The notes below the pieces were generated by a model that saw only the letters and a list, made by a program, of their open reading frames with translations, did not search any database and was not told the origin of the DNA. 64,000 nucleotides of DNA. Source: Octopus sinensis. Its lineage: Eukaryota. The position numbers were made by a program, and so were the translations under genes. The stretch spans positions 138,880,001 through 138,944,000 of the forward strand of contig NC_042999.1 of NCBI RefSeq assembly GCF_006345805.1. Direction: 5' to 3'. Within the stretch, counting starts at the first letter, position 1. Every line of letters starts with the position of its first letter. Shown here piece by piece: positions 49,228 through 63,489 of this stretch.

Positions 49228-49699
49228 GTAGCGGCAATAAGCTTGGCTATGCAAAGCAATTTATAACATGTAATTTCTGTAATTCAGATGGACAAGAGAC
49301 GTTCTTTGTTGGTGAGAGGCTGTTCAGTTAGAAGCCAATTTCCAGTGAGATAGACAAATAGTTCTAATCATGAATACACGATGAGCAAACACTGTACAGT
49401 GATGGCAAGCATCTTGTAAGCATTCAAGTTCGATTCCCTAGCTTCTAAGTAAGTACCTATGTTTTCCGGCTGTAGTTAACCATCCGAAAGGCTGAGTTTT
49501 GCTTTTGACCTACTAGCTGAAAAAGACTTTTTAAGGGTTACTGCAGAAGTCTTTAAACAGATACACATTATAAAACAAACTCTCCATTATTCTCATATCT
49601 ACTATTAGCTGGTAGGCTTAATACGAAAATATAAATGGGATGGTCATGGATGGTAACGGTCCGACAATTGGGCGCACACGAAAAATAATATACCAGGGA

Positions 49700-50100
49700 T
49701 ATATGCAATCAGAAGACGTATAATATGAAGTAGAAATCAAAATAAGAACCGAGATGGTAGGAAAGCCATTTGAAAAAAATATGTGAAACATATCAACATC
49801 GAGAAACATGAAGCTTGAAACCAAAAGGAAAGTATTGAAATACTATGCATAATCCACCCTGTTACACGGAAGTGGAACGTGGACATTATACAAAAGTATA
49901 AGCAAATGGATTAGTAGACAGAACACAAAACTAATTGCTAGACAAAAAAGAAAAAACTATTGGATACCACACTCAAAAAAAAAAGAAGTAAAAACTTAAT
50001 TAGAAAAAAATGATTTATAGAGACTGTTAATAGAAGAGAAAAATTGTTCAAGGTTAATTAGAAAACGTGGACGGATAATATCAAGAATTAGACAATGTGA
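49700..50100 (+). mobile_element. RTE-clade LINE fragment
   Basis: EIKIRTEMVGKPFEK..SRNMKLETKRKVLKYYA*STLLHGSGTWTL; cf. RTE EIKxRIxxAxxAF..LxTKxRVLxxYVxSTLLYGxETWTL. Confidence 0.7.
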
Positions 50101-50168
50101 AAATACAGTGAATGTGGAAAGACACCATAACGACGAAAGAGAAAAAAGAAAGAAAGATAGATAGACAG

Positions 50169-50246
<78 letters not shown>

Positions 50247-52483
50247 TCTATGCTTTTTTACCTGCTGAGATCAGACGATACTTGGTGAGGATGGTCAAGA
50301 CTGGAGTGTCTTCGATCACAACTAACCTTCGACTACTACTAAACTTCACCGCTTTAGTTAGTCTCTGTAAAAGGCGTCCAATGACTATCAACATCACCAC
50401 TTAGTCCTTGGATACCTTTTGTAGAGATGAAAGCATTCATACCAGATACGCTATTCCGTCAACACACAGCGTGTTGATAGAACGAGGATCTTACCCACAG
50501 TATTGAACTAAAGACGTTCAGTTTGATCATTGAACACATCAATATCACCTGTCTGAAACATCCTACAATTGTCTCTCTCTTGACTAAATTACTACAAAAG
50601 GATACTTTACATTTTGAAGCTTCACTTCATGCATACGAAGTTATACTTTCAGTATTTATCAATGGAACATTAGAACAACCGAGTTGAAGAGCAGGAAAAT
50701 AAGTGGAATAGTTTAACCACAAAGCCACGCTTTAAGCTTTGATTCATTGAAAGCTTGGGAAGCTGGATCTAAAGAGACTATCTGATATCTAATCAAGAAC
50801 CCCGCTCAGTTTGTATCCTATCACTAGTGTTGTGTTGTTAATATAATCAAGGAACTAATATCTCAAATGTCTGTGCCAACATATCTGAAAACCGTAGCAA
50901 TTGGCAGGAACAACTACGATCCGCAGGAAGCGTTAGTACTGAAAATTGACAGTTGTTTCTTCAGTCTGCAGAGCTGAGTTCCTTGTGTGAGTGTAACTCG
51001 GACAGAAATTTGTTCTACTAATATAAACTAACTTGTCCTAAATACATCATGAAAGCAAAATATTCAGATTTCCTTAGGACTGACCATTACTGATTTGATA
51101 TCAAAATTACAAGTTAAAGAAACAATTTGTCGAACTATTCTCACTACTTTTAGCAAAAGTCTTTGCATCTTCGTAGTGTTAAAAGACTGGAATAGTTACT
51201 GAAAGTTATTGTTATTTTCTGAATTTAAAACTCCTTTTTTCCATGAACGAATATGTTTAAATCTAAATGGCATGTTATAATGATTTCTCACATTGAAAAT
51301 ATGCATAGCTGAGTAAATTGGTCTTATAAGAATACTGAACTTATTTCAACAAAATGAACACAGACATGACTGTATGGTTGAGATTTTTGCTTCGTAATCT
51401 TGTAGTTTCAAGTTCATTCAAGTTCATTGTGAGACACCTTGGGCAAGTGTCTTTAATAGTTGTTTCAAGTTCAACAAACCCCGTGAGTAAAAATTCGGTA
51501 GACGAAAATTGCATGCACTATTCCTGTTCAAACTTAATCCACAATCCAGTCCAACATCACTACCTGGATCTCGAACGTCTTTAGCTGAATCAGTTCTGTA
51601 GCAAAACTTCGGGCTAGATTTCCGTCTGAAAATAACTCTTCAATAATTTCGGAGGGTCTGAAAAAGGTCATGGGTGCTAGCCTATTTCATTTGATTAAAT
51701 CCATGACAAAATCTTGGAGAGTGATGAATTGGAGATGGCATTAGCAGGACCTCAACTCGGATCGTAGAAAAGAAAATAACCACTGAAACAGATCTAGTTC
51801 AGCGCTCCACTATTTTCTGCTCCTCAACTACATACAAGTGTCTTATAAACCCTTAATTCAGTAATAATCATTCTTTGAATGTGGTTACGTGTTTCAAGGA
51901 TAATATGTTTATTTGTTCAAAGAAGGTAAATTTAAGATCAGATTCGTTAGAGAAGTAAAATTTTTAGAGTCTTAATATTATTCCTAGTTTGTTTGGTCTA
52001 AATATTACTATCTTACAGAAGAACAGTGCCACTTTTTTGGAAGGAATCATCCCTGTGTGGTAACAGTATCTATTATATGAACTTCGGTGAGACGAAAGGC
52101 CAAGTAAAGCCCAATGCGATTTGAATTTTGTAAAAAATAGAATGAAACTAAATACTGCAGTGTATTTTTAGTTCGGTTGTTAACTGTTTCTCTCACCATC
52201 ACTACCACCACCACTACGACCACCATAACAAGCTAGGAAATACCATCACATCAGTGAAAAGTATAATGTTATATATTAAGGTAAAATATATAACCTCTAA
52301 TATTGACAAAAGGTCACATATTGGCGGAGAGATAGATATAATCAATTAAGTCGACGACCCACGTACATGATAAGTAGTTATTTTAACATTCCTGGAAATG
52401 GAAAACCGAAGGAAATTATAAGAGACGCGTCTAGAAACTGCGAAGAATTCTGTCTAATGCTGTTTCTGTTATCTATCACCCTC

Positions 52484-52533
<50 letters not shown>

Positions 52534-52634
52534 ATATATATATATATAATATAGGATAAAATTTTTCGGAAAAAATTCTATCTATAACAACTTATAAATT
52601 AATACCTTTATAAACTAATGCCCTTTATAAGTTG

Positions 52635-52685
<51 letters not shown>

Positions 52686-52695
52686 CATACATACA

Positions 52696-52753
52696 TACAA
52701 GTGAGTGGACAAACGAAAGAAGGGCACTCAACCAATTTATTGGGAGTTACATG
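52696..52753 (+). mobile_element. Solo mariner-like terminal sequence, second copy
   Basis: Matches 35546-35605. Confidence 0.45.
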
Positions 52754-52772
52754 TATGGATCAAACTATTTCG

Positions 52773-52803
<31 letters not shown>

Positions 52804-53127
52804 AGACGGACTTGTGCACAATTTCTACCTGGTACTCAGAAGATATTGGTCAATTAGTGAAGATGCCGAGCAGTGGGATCGAACCCGAGACTACCTAGCT
52901 GGCAATAAAACCACAGGGCCGAATAAATAGAGTACATCTTGCCTAAAGGTGGCTTTGCTTTTTACCAAAGAAGAGTGGAGTTCTAGTGGTAGTAATGACG
53001 GTCGAATTCGAAACCAAATTCAAAAGTATTGAGTTGGAGCTAAAATGTTGATTGTGTATAACCAATCAAAGTATGATCAAAAGTATGATCAAAAGCCATG
53101 ATCGTTATATCATTTTAGGGCATGTGC

Positions 53128-53450
53128 TGGCACTCCGTCGGTTCGACGACGAGGGTTCCAGTTGATCCGATCAACGGAACAACTCGCTCGGGAAATCAAC
53201 CTGCGAGTGGCTGAGCCCTCTGCAAACAGGTGTGTCCTTAACGTAGTTCTATGGGAAATTCAGCGTGACACAGAGTGTGACAAAGCTGGTCCTTTGAAAT
53301 ACAGGCACTACTCATTTTTGCCATCTTAGTGGACTGCAGCAATGTGAAATAAAGTGTCTTGCCCATGGACACAACGCGTCGCCGGGAATTGAACTCACAA
53401 CTTTACGATCGTAAGTCGAATATCCTAACCACTAGGCCGCGCGCCTTCGT
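53128..53450 (-). mobile_element. SINE family C (tRNA-Arg-like head), full length
   Basis: Reverse complement gaaggcgcgcggcctagtggttagg...gagttcaattccc; tail gttgatcggatcaactggaaccctcgtcgtcgaaccgacggagtgcc. Confidence 0.88.
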
Positions 53451-53959
53451 TTTAGGGCATGTAAGTTTACATTATTCAATGTATTCCTTCCTTTTCCCAA
53501 GACGATAAGGTTGTTCGTTGAAAGGGATTTGTTTGTTCCATCTAGCAGGAACGCGTAGAAGCCCTCTCACTGGTTTGCTTGTCTACGATTCTTAAGGTGA
53601 AATGACTCACTGGAATTACCAGAGTCGTAACAGTGTTGGGTACATTGCCTAGAAGTATTTTTTCTGTCTCTTTGTAGTTTGAACTCAAATCTTGCCGAGG
53701 ATAACTTTGCTTTTCTTCTTATCAGTCAGGGTCGATAAAATAAAATGACAATCCACTAATGGGGTTGACCAACTATTCTTCTTCTTCTTCTTCTTCTTCT
53801 TCTTCTTCTTCTTCTTTCTTGTGACATGGGGGTCAACCATATTTGAATGCCCAAGACGCCCTACGTATATTCCCTACTACAGCACATCTTTGAATTCACC
53901 TGGAGCCCGAAGTTTATGGCTGAAAAGTACACTATACTATTAGCTCACACCTTCTAACT

Positions 53960-54127
53960 AGTCTTAAGGCATAGACATACTGGCCAGTTGCCCGGGGGTC
54001 TTACGGGTCTAGGGGCCTAATTATGATTCATGTACTGTATGCTGTACCTTGTTGTCTATAAATAAAAACTATAGGGCCCAGTGTAGTGATTTGCCCGCGG
54101 GCGTATAATGCTGCTACGACGCCCCTG
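53960..54127. mobile_element. Possible decayed hAT-type MITE
   Basis: Left agtcttaaggcata and right ataatgctgctacgacgcccctg resemble CAGGGCCGTCTTAA-type TIRs; internal ggggcc motifs. Confidence 0.35.
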
Positions 54128-55230
54128 CTTCTAACTGCAGTGGTTGCATTGAATATTTTATGATAGACGCATTTGTGTATTTAGCTAATATAAGATTTGG
54201 TTGCTGTTAAGTACAAGAAGGTTTGGTTGCGATTACGTAGAAAGCATCATCATTAACTCGTCTATCAGCCGGTATTCCGGCTTTCTACACATTCGACTAA
54301 CTTCGTTAACACTGCAGCCATATAGCAATGCCTCAATCGCACATTCGAAGCACACCTACATACATTCCCAACCGGCTGGCTGCTTATTTGCACATGGCCC
54401 AACAAATGTCTATTTTTTTTCATTTATTACTTTGTTATGTCTTCCTTTTTGTTTTTTTTTTGTTTGTTTTAGTTAACTTTATTTTTATCTCAGCCATGTG
54501 ACCTTCTAATCATCTGCCCTTCACCTTACACTGCAGAGACACAAGTAACTTTTTTTTTTTACGTTTTCATTCCCCTCTGCTCCACAAAACAAACCTCTTT
54601 AGTTGGAAGTCTACGTGCACGTAACGTAGATATATGTCTAACAATATAGAAATGTCAATGTAACACACACACACACACACGTTACATACACAATCAAACA
54701 CACACATACATACACATACATACCTAAACATGTACACTTAAACACACATAAACACATATATACATATATACATTCGCAATGCTAAAACATAAACTCTCGC
54801 GCATCGCACGCGCACGCACACACACACATACACACTCAAACCCACATTCTTTTATTCTTTTAACAGTTCTCGTCATTGGACTGTGGCCATGCTGCTGCAT
54901 ATATATGCATACAATGCATATATAGATAGATACCGGCGTACTCATGTATACTAACATAACCACACTGAAACACAAACAACATAAACTTCCTAAGCTAAAA
55001 CAGACACCAGAACGCATGTATGTATGTATGTTGTATGTATGTATGTATGTATGTATGTATGTATGTATGTATGTATGTGTGTGTGTATGTATGTATGTAT
55101 GTATGTATGTATGTATTATGTATTTATGTATGTATGTATGTATTTATGTATGTATGTATATATGTAGTGTGTGTGTATGTATGTATCTATATATACATAT
55201 ACACATATGTCTTGTTTTTCTGTAAATTTC

Positions 55231-55268
<38 letters not shown>

Positions 55269-55312
55269 ACGTGTCTAAAGTAAAGCATACACATTAGAAT
55301 ACATAGAAACAG

Positions 55313-55346
<34 letters not shown>

Positions 55347-55692
55347 CACAGCCTCCGAATAGAGGTACATACAGTAAATTAAAATGAACATTAACGTCAG
55401 TCTAACTGTTTAAAGGAGCAGAGTCCAGCGAGGATGATGGGAAATGGTGATTTGATAAGGGAAGCTGGTAAATAAGAGGTGATGGATGAGAGAGTGAGAT
55501 ATAGAGAGAAAGAGAGCAATTTGGGGAGCGGGTGGGGGCAAGAGATAAGTAGGGACACAGACAAACTTACAGATAGTCAAATAGATGAGTAGTTTGGTAG
55601 ATGTACATGTCTGTAAGCGTATATGTGAATTATATATATATATATATGTGTGTATATATATAATTATATATATATATATGTGTGTATATATA

Positions 55693-55802
<110 letters not shown>

Positions 55803-56296
55803 TTCACACACACACACATATATATGCATATATACTACATATATACATTGCAACTTACATATTTTCCCATCTTTCTCAGCCTTCTTTGTATATATATATA
55901 TATATATATATGATATATATATATATATACACGTGTGTGTGTGTGTGTGTGGTGGTGAAAGCAAGTCAAAGAAAGATGGAGAAAGGCAGTACGCAAAAAT
56001 AAAAAAACAAAAAAAAATGAAATAAAAAAGAGGAAGGATCGAAATTCCATTTGTAAGCGGTGGTGGGGATGTAGTTATGTGCTGGTTGTGAACTTTTTAA
56101 GTGGCTTTCTTCGTCTGGGCAGATGCTGGCGGTGAGATGGAACGCTGTGGTATGTTTAGAGAAAGTGTACTTGACTGATATGTATTCGGTCAGAGGGGAA
56201 TTGTCTTGCTTCAGGAATAGTCTTATATATGCCCATTTATAATTAATCCTTTTCCACTTTCTGTTTCTCGTTCTTGTAACATGTTCGTTATGTTGA

Positions 56297-56297
<1 letters not shown>

Positions 56298-56366
<69 letters not shown>

Positions 56367-56493
56367 GTCTGTCTACAAATGTATGTATGTATCTATCTAT
56401 CTATCTATCTACCCACCCATCCGCCTACCTACCAACCTCCTTACCTACCTACCTACCTATCTATATATATATCTATCTATCTATCTATCTATA

Positions 56494-56572
<79 letters not shown>

Positions 56573-56733
56573 CAACCGTCCGTCTATCTGACTGTCTGTC
56601 AGCCTGCCTGTCTGTCTGTCTATCTGTCTATCTGTCTAGATAGATAAATAGATAGATAGATAGATAGATAGATAGATCGATAGATAGATATATAGATAGA
56701 CAGATAGATAGACAAAGAGACAGACAGAAAGAT

Positions 56734-56783
<50 letters not shown>

Positions 56784-56813
56784 CGATAGATAGATAGATA
56801 GATAGATAAATAG

Positions 56814-56872
<59 letters not shown>

Positions 56873-56880
56873 CGAGATAG
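56298..56880. repeat. Long (ATCT)n then (ATAG)n microsatellite block, self-complementary halves
   Basis: (TCTA)n 56298-56570 followed by (TAGA)n 56637-56880. Confidence 0.95.
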
Positions 56881-57237
56881 GTATAAAGAAAATTTAATAA
56901 AAAAAAATTTCAGAGTTAGAAAATTTAGGCAGGATAGAGATAAGAGCGAAGAGAAATGAGGAAAAGCGATGAAGAGTAAGAAAGAATTAGGTGAGGGAGT
57001 GGGGTGGCAAGATAAAAATAAAAGATGGATGAAATGGGTTTTCGAACATTAACTTACGTCACAATTAATGAACCATAAACTTGAAAGCGTATACATTCTA
57101 ACATTTAGCATCGGTTACGTACTTGTGCGCGCGCGCGTGTGTGTTTAAATCAAGAATTTTTGTTTCAAGGCATTAAACATACCGGTATTTGTCTATGTCG
57201 TTCAAATATATACCATTGGCCACTTTTGCCTAAATTA

Positions 57238-57420
57238 GGCAAATTACCAAGGCCATAAATGTTTGCTCTATTTTCTGTAAGTCTAAGTCATTTGGCCACT
57301 GGAGGTAGAACAATTGTTGTGCAGACGAAGGCTCTTGTACCAGAAACACATGTCCACGACTGTCCTCATATCTCCAAACAAATGAGCCGGCCTCTTTCTT
57401 TAGTGGTATGTGTTGAATTG
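57238..57420 (-). repeat. Solo copy of the ancient foldback arm found at 59053-59786
   Basis: ggccataaatgt...aattgttgtg...cagaaacac...atctcca shared with 59556-59740. Confidence 0.6.
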
Positions 57421-57983
57421 CATTATACCGTCTCAAGCTGAACTGGTCAAAATTGCTATTTGGATATTATGATACATCATCTAGAGGTGGGGATAATTTG
57501 AATAAATCAAGCATTTTGTTCTACAAGAGTTTTCTCTGTTATATATATATATATATATGAAGAAGAACACAACTGGGTTTTAAAATTTACAACAGCTGTT
57601 TCAGCATCATTTATTGATGAATTCTTAGATTACATCATAACAAAAATCTACCATCTTCAGGTGATTTTAAACAATCAGAGTGGTGACGTAGAAAATTTAA
57701 GTTGACTAGCTCAGTATGGCATCCTACACACTGAAATACCTAGATTCTACGAAGATATATGTATGAATATGAAGAATTTTCTGTAAACAGGAAACCTGTC
57801 TCAATTCATTTAAGACGGGTTTAGCCATCAAGAATAATATTATATATTACACGAAATTATATGCGATTCGTTATAGAAGCCCATAAATTTCGCTACATAC
57901 GAGCTTTTCCAACAATGCAAAAAGCTCATGTAAAGTGAAACACATGCGCAAATGTAGCGAATAATATTTATCTTAATGTAATA

Positions 57984-58032
<49 letters not shown>

Positions 58033-58041
58033 CATCCATCC

Positions 58042-58077
<36 letters not shown>

Positions 58078-58512
58078 ATCTCTCTATCTCTCTGTATCTA
58101 CGTGCGTATATATTATGTGTTTCAATATACATACGCCCATATTTACGCGGTAATTTATTAACTCAAATAAAAATATAAGGATATACACAGATTACATATA
58201 AAAAAAGTTACAAATGATTTGATAGAAAATAGAGGGAACAGATACCATCGGGGAGAAGCGAGCAACGAATCTATTGCTTGCCAAGTAATGGAGATATCCA
58301 TTACAAAGAACGGATTCTTCCAAATGCATAGCATTTATCAATAGCTCCAATGAATGTTTTACTGGATTATCTAATAGGTATTTCTTTCCTTTTTAATGAG
58401 GTTCAACGCGACCTCTCATCAAGCGACAAAGCTTCTACTTTGTGATGGGAGCTTGTTTCAATTTTTTTCTTTCAGAAAGCGTACTTGCAAATTTTCTGAT
58501 ATGATTTATTTT

Positions 58513-58840
58513 TAGGCGCATGGATGGCTGTGTGGTAAGTAGCTTGTTTACCAACCACATGGTTCCGGGTTCAGTCCCACTGCGTGGCACCTTGGGCAAG
58601 TGTCTTCTACTATAGTCATGGGCCGACCAAAGCATTTGTGTGTCGGTGTTTGTCCTCCCCAACATCGCTTGACAACCGATGCTGGTGCGTTTACACCCCC
58701 GTAACTTAGCTGTTCGGCAAAAGAGACAGATAGAATAAGTACTAGGCTTACAAAGAATAAGTCCTGGGGTCGATTTGCTCGACTAAAGGCGGTGCTCCAG
58801 TATGGCCGCAGCCAAAATGACTGAAACAAGTAAAAGAATA
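58513..58840 (+). mobile_element. SINE family A with an internal deletion of the microsatellite segment
   Basis: ggccgaccaaagc joins directly to tgtgtgtcggtgtttgtcc. Confidence 0.9.
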
Positions 58841-59052
58841 AATGAAAATATCCTACAAATATGTTTGTATGTATGTCCACACGTACGTACAAACATACAT
58901 ACATGCATACATACATACATACATACATACATACATACATACATACATACATACATACACACACATACACATATTTATAAAACATAGACAGATGCAGTTC
59001 CATCAAAAGCTATACAAATTTATCTTCGCTTGCAGGGAATGTGTCAAACGGT

Positions 59053-59786
59053 AATTGAGAATGGCTCCATATGAAAAAGGTAAATAATCAAGAATTCGTG
59101 AAAATTGGAAAAGCACAGGATTACTTCCAGGAGATAAAAAGGCAATCGTCGAGACGAGTTTCTACCTCAAAAGGTGTCATCAGCGAGCCATTATTCTAAC
59201 TTATCTTCAGCCACCAGAGGGCATAGACAAATAAAAAAGAGTAGAACACACGGTCTGGGTAATTTGCATAATTAAAGAAAAGCTAGCTGAGCGAAATAAC
59301 ACCAAGTAACTAATGGCATATATGCAAACAGCATAAACAATCCAGGTTTATCAAATACGCAACAAGAATTCTTCAATTATAAAAATTGGTAATTATGACA
59401 CATTCTCTAGGAGAGGAGATGAAATTTTAAGAAACTCAGAATTTATGTTGTAGGGTATTTGGTATACCTATATCTTTGTTGTTCGTATACAAACTATTAG
59501 GCACTCTGACTTATTGCTCTTAGCTCAATTTTGATTTAATTTACGCAGATCAGATAGGCCATAAATGTGTTCTACTCCTTTTGTAAATGTCTATGTCCAT
59601 TCGCTGCTGGAGATAGATTAGGAAAATTGTTGTGATGACGACGTGTATTGAGGCAGAAACACGCATCCTTGATTGTCATTTTATCTCCATGTAGTAAACC
59701 TGCCTTTTCTTTATTGGCATGTCATCTTTGGCGAAATCTTGATTCTTGAGATTATCTCTCCTTCTCATGTGGCGCTGTTCTCAATT
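59053..59786. mobile_element. Ancient foldback element with ~250-bp diverged inverted arms
   Basis: Arms 59053-59300 and 59511-59786 share aattgagaa..ca.atga.aa, cagg.ttact.c..ggagataaaa, gtttct.cctcaa, catagaca and gagtagaacaca. Confidence 0.6.
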
Positions 59787-59896
59787 GCCATTTGGTAATT
59801 AACCTCTACAAACGGAAACAATTTTATAAACCAAGAAATTATTATTTTGTAAAAGTATCAAGGAATTTGTATATATACTACATAATATATAATACA

Positions 59897-60327
59897 TACT
59901 CTTTACTCTTTTACTCTTTTACTTGTTTCAGACATTTGACTGCAGCCATGCTGGAGCACCGCCTTTAGTCGATCAAATCGACCCCGGGACTTATTCTTTG
60001 TAAGCACAGTACTTATTCTATCGGTCTCTTTTGCCGAACCGCTAAGTTACGGGGACTTAAACACACCAGCATCGGTTGTCAAGCAATGCTAGAGGGACAA
60101 ACACAAACACACAAACATATACATACACATACATACATACATATATATATATATACATATATACGACAGGCTTCTTTCAGTTTCCGTCTACCAAATCCAC
60201 TCACAAGGCATTGGTCGGCCCGAGGCTATAGCAGAAGACACTTGCCCAAGATGCCACGCAGTGGGACTGAACCCAGAACCATGTGGTTGGTAGGCAAGCT
60301 ACTTACCACACAGCCACTCCTGCGCCT
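59897..60327 (-). mobile_element. SINE family A, full length
   Basis: Complete head and tail. Confidence 0.93.
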
Positions 60328-60428
60328 ATATACATTAATTTTATAATATATGTATAAAATATATACATAAATACACACATACGTACATATGTAATACACA
60401 CACGCACATACACACACACACATATAGT

Positions 60429-60698
60429 GAAGGCGCGTGGCTTAGTGGTTAAGATAATCGGCTCACGATCGTAAGGTTGTGAGTTCGACTCCCGACAGTG
60501 CGTTGTGCTCATTGAGCGAAATACTTTATTTCACGATGCTCCAGTTTACTCAGCTGGCAAAAATGAGTAGTACCTGCCTATGTTAAGGGTACGCATGTCA
60601 GTAAAGTGCTCGGCCACATGCATGTTAATTTCACGAGCAGGCTGTTCTGTTGATCGGATCAAGCTGGAATCCTCGATGTCGTAACCGACGGAGTGCGA
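60429..60698 (+). mobile_element. SINE family C with an internal deletion
   Basis: gaaggcgcgtggcttagtggttaag head; lacks the tatttcaaagg..gagaac block. Confidence 0.85.
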
Positions 60699-62094
60699 GT
60701 TTAGTTATACTATGTATTATAATATATGGCACATATTATGATATATATTATAATACATTGCACATACACACAGACATATAGATATATAGTAAAACTTTGA
60801 CTTAGCTCCACATTACTTAAAGTAAGACAAATGTTCTTAGATACATGTAACTCCAACGAAATGCGTTGAATACTACTGTCTTTCGTTCACTTGGTATGTG
60901 TGTGTGTGTGTGTGTACGCTTACATACACATGTTCATAAATATATGCGTTTAACATACATATGATGAGAAAATATTGATTTCACATAAAGAAAACAGTGT
61001 CACAAATTTGTGTTATCGATATATCGATTCCACTGCTCGATGGCGATCTATTTTATTGACTCTGGATAGACAAAACGCAAGGTTGACCTTGGCACGATTA
61101 AAAAGGCTATGGCTTCTTCAGAGAATGAAAACTAAAGCCAAAGACCATTTTGGAGGCTTCTGAAACAAGTTGGAAGAAGAGAAGTTAAGCTGGAAACTTG
61201 GGCAGAATGCTTGAAGTCATAAAAATTCTGCTAAAGGCAACTAAGAGCCATCCCCAAACAGTGCCGGCCTTTCTTATGAGTGTCCAAAGAGTTTCCGTCC
61301 ATCAAATTTCATCCACATAAAGTCGATTTAAGGATTAAGGCAAAAAAAAAAAAAAAGAGAGATTGTCAATGTGCCGTGGGATTGAAACCGAAACCACGTA
61401 GTTGCATAAAGAACTACTTAATCACCTAGTCAGAAAGAAACGTTATAAAACTAACCAAATATGGCAACGTATTTTACTCAGCTTACTTCGATTTCTACAA
61501 CTCTATCAGTTGTCGATCTTATCAAGTCGCCAACTATCTATTGCACCAATTTACAACTGTCTACTGTATCAATTTACAAATATCTATTCTGCCAATATAT
61601 CAATTGCCTATTCAGCCAACCCATCAACTTCTATTCTAGCAACTGTCAATTCTATCAATATACCACTCAATTCAGTGAAAACACTGTACACATAGGTGAG
61701 GGAGGAACAGCCAATTATATCTATGACTTAATGAATTCTTGTACTGCCTACATATGTAGTAAGGTACAGCTGTTACGCACACATGAATATTCCTACCAGT
61801 ACTCCCCACCACCACCACCCACAAAGGTCATTCGTCCTATTCAGAAATCAACACGCTGCAAACAAAAGTCTATTAACGTGTGCTACATACATCAATATAT
61901 TCCGCAATCGCTACTACGATGGTTTCTTCTTCCTGGAAGTTTAAAAACTATATATGTGCCACGCGTATCTTTTCAATTTATCTACTACCTGTGCTCTTTT
62001 CATCATCCGTTTGTAGTTCAATGCTCAAACTGTACAAACGCATTGTAAAATGATCTCGACCGAAAGAGTTCTTCGATATTAAAATGGATCAAAA

Positions 62095-62275
62095 CGGCGT
62101 GCTGGCAGAACCGTTAGCACGCCGGGTAAAATGCTTAGCAGCATTCCGCCCGTCTTTACATTCTGAGTTCAAATTGTGACTTTACTTTTCGTCCTTTCAG
62201 AGACGATAAAGTAGTAGATGTAGTTGACTTACTCCTCCCTCGAAAATACTGGCCTTGTGTTAAAATGTGAAACCA
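62095..62275 (+). mobile_element. SINE family B, diverged
   Basis: gctggcagaaccgttagcacgccggg...ctggccttgtg. Confidence 0.8.
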
Positions 62276-62453
62276 ATATTAAAATGGATCCATCATTAAG
62301 CGTCAAACTGGAGAGAAGCAAAATTAAAATAGATAGATAACTATATTTGTGATGGGGCTGCTAGAGGAAGCTGTCCGAACCGGTCGAAACCGCTCGCAAT
62401 AACAGGGATGGCACAGGCACATTAGAATAAAAGAATAATTACTGAAGTTGGTA

Positions 62454-62491
<38 letters not shown>

Positions 62492-63274
62492 TGTGTGTGT
62501 GTGTGTGTAAGCTGACTATCTCTTCAAAGGATATTCACAGTTTGAGCCGGGAACTCGTTACTACAAAACTGACATATGGCGATTGCAATAGTTAGGATGT
62601 TATTAAAAATTGATTCGTTTTCTTTTCTAATTATATAGGTGAATAGGAATAATATAGCGTGACGTTGGCTTTGTCAAGGGCATTAATGACATAAATAAAA
62701 TACTGACTTATTAGAATCGAAACCGCATCAGGGACTCCATTTGCCGGAAATTTACCTCTTACCGTTGAGCAAAATATGTCGATATTGAAACTTAATCCTT
62801 TGTTTAAATCTTAAAAAACATAAGTTTACATAAATGTCCAACTAAATTATCATACTTTGCTCGATGCTTTCCAATTCTAATGCATTTTTAATAATACGAT
62901 TGATGAAGGCGGTTCAATTCATCCGATAGCTGGAATTACACCTAATTCAAACATATTTTCAGGCATTACAAACCTGAGACAACTGCATCACTTTTAACAT
63001 TTCGTCCCATTACATTCAGTCACCTTGTATCTTCGTAGGTCTGACGTTTTCGATGGTTTGATCTCTCTCTCTCTCTTCTCCCCTCTTTCTCTCCATCTCT
63101 CTTTCTGTCACTCTGTCTGTCTGTCTCTATCTATCTAGGCAATCTTTCGGGGACACACACAGTCATCTATCTACATATCTTATATCAACAGCAGTTTATA
63201 AATATTTTATCTTATGTACCTCTCTCTCTCTCTTTCTCTCTGACATATATATATATTGTCATATACATACATAT

Positions 63275-63337
<63 letters not shown>

Positions 63338-63450
63338 CACGTGATCACGTGACCGACCAGACCATCAGATGTTGTTACATATCGCTGGTCACAATGCGTT
63401 CGCATTGTTTTAGCCTTCGAATGACGCCACCCCGCTGGCTAAGCGAGCAG

Positions 63451-63454
<4 letters not shown>
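63338..63454. mobile_element. GC-richer 117-bp insert within (TA)n, probably a truncated SINE tail
   Basis: Begins with the palindrome cacgtgatcacgtg; (TA)n on both sides; no second copy in the window. Confidence 0.45.

Positions 63455-63489
<35 letters not shown>

Noticed and set aside
51600-51830. Possible mariner transposase relic on the minus strand (LAPxxFF)
   Set aside because: Similarity too weak to support by eye
57230-57436. Minus-strand ORF with AG/GT borders as a host exon
   Set aside because: It is homologous to frameshifted repeat copies at 59053-59786 and has no PDZ-LIM similarity; kept only as an exonisation candidate
61461-62048. 195-aa ORF
   Set aside because: Built on a degenerate C/A/T-rich repeat; no motif recognised
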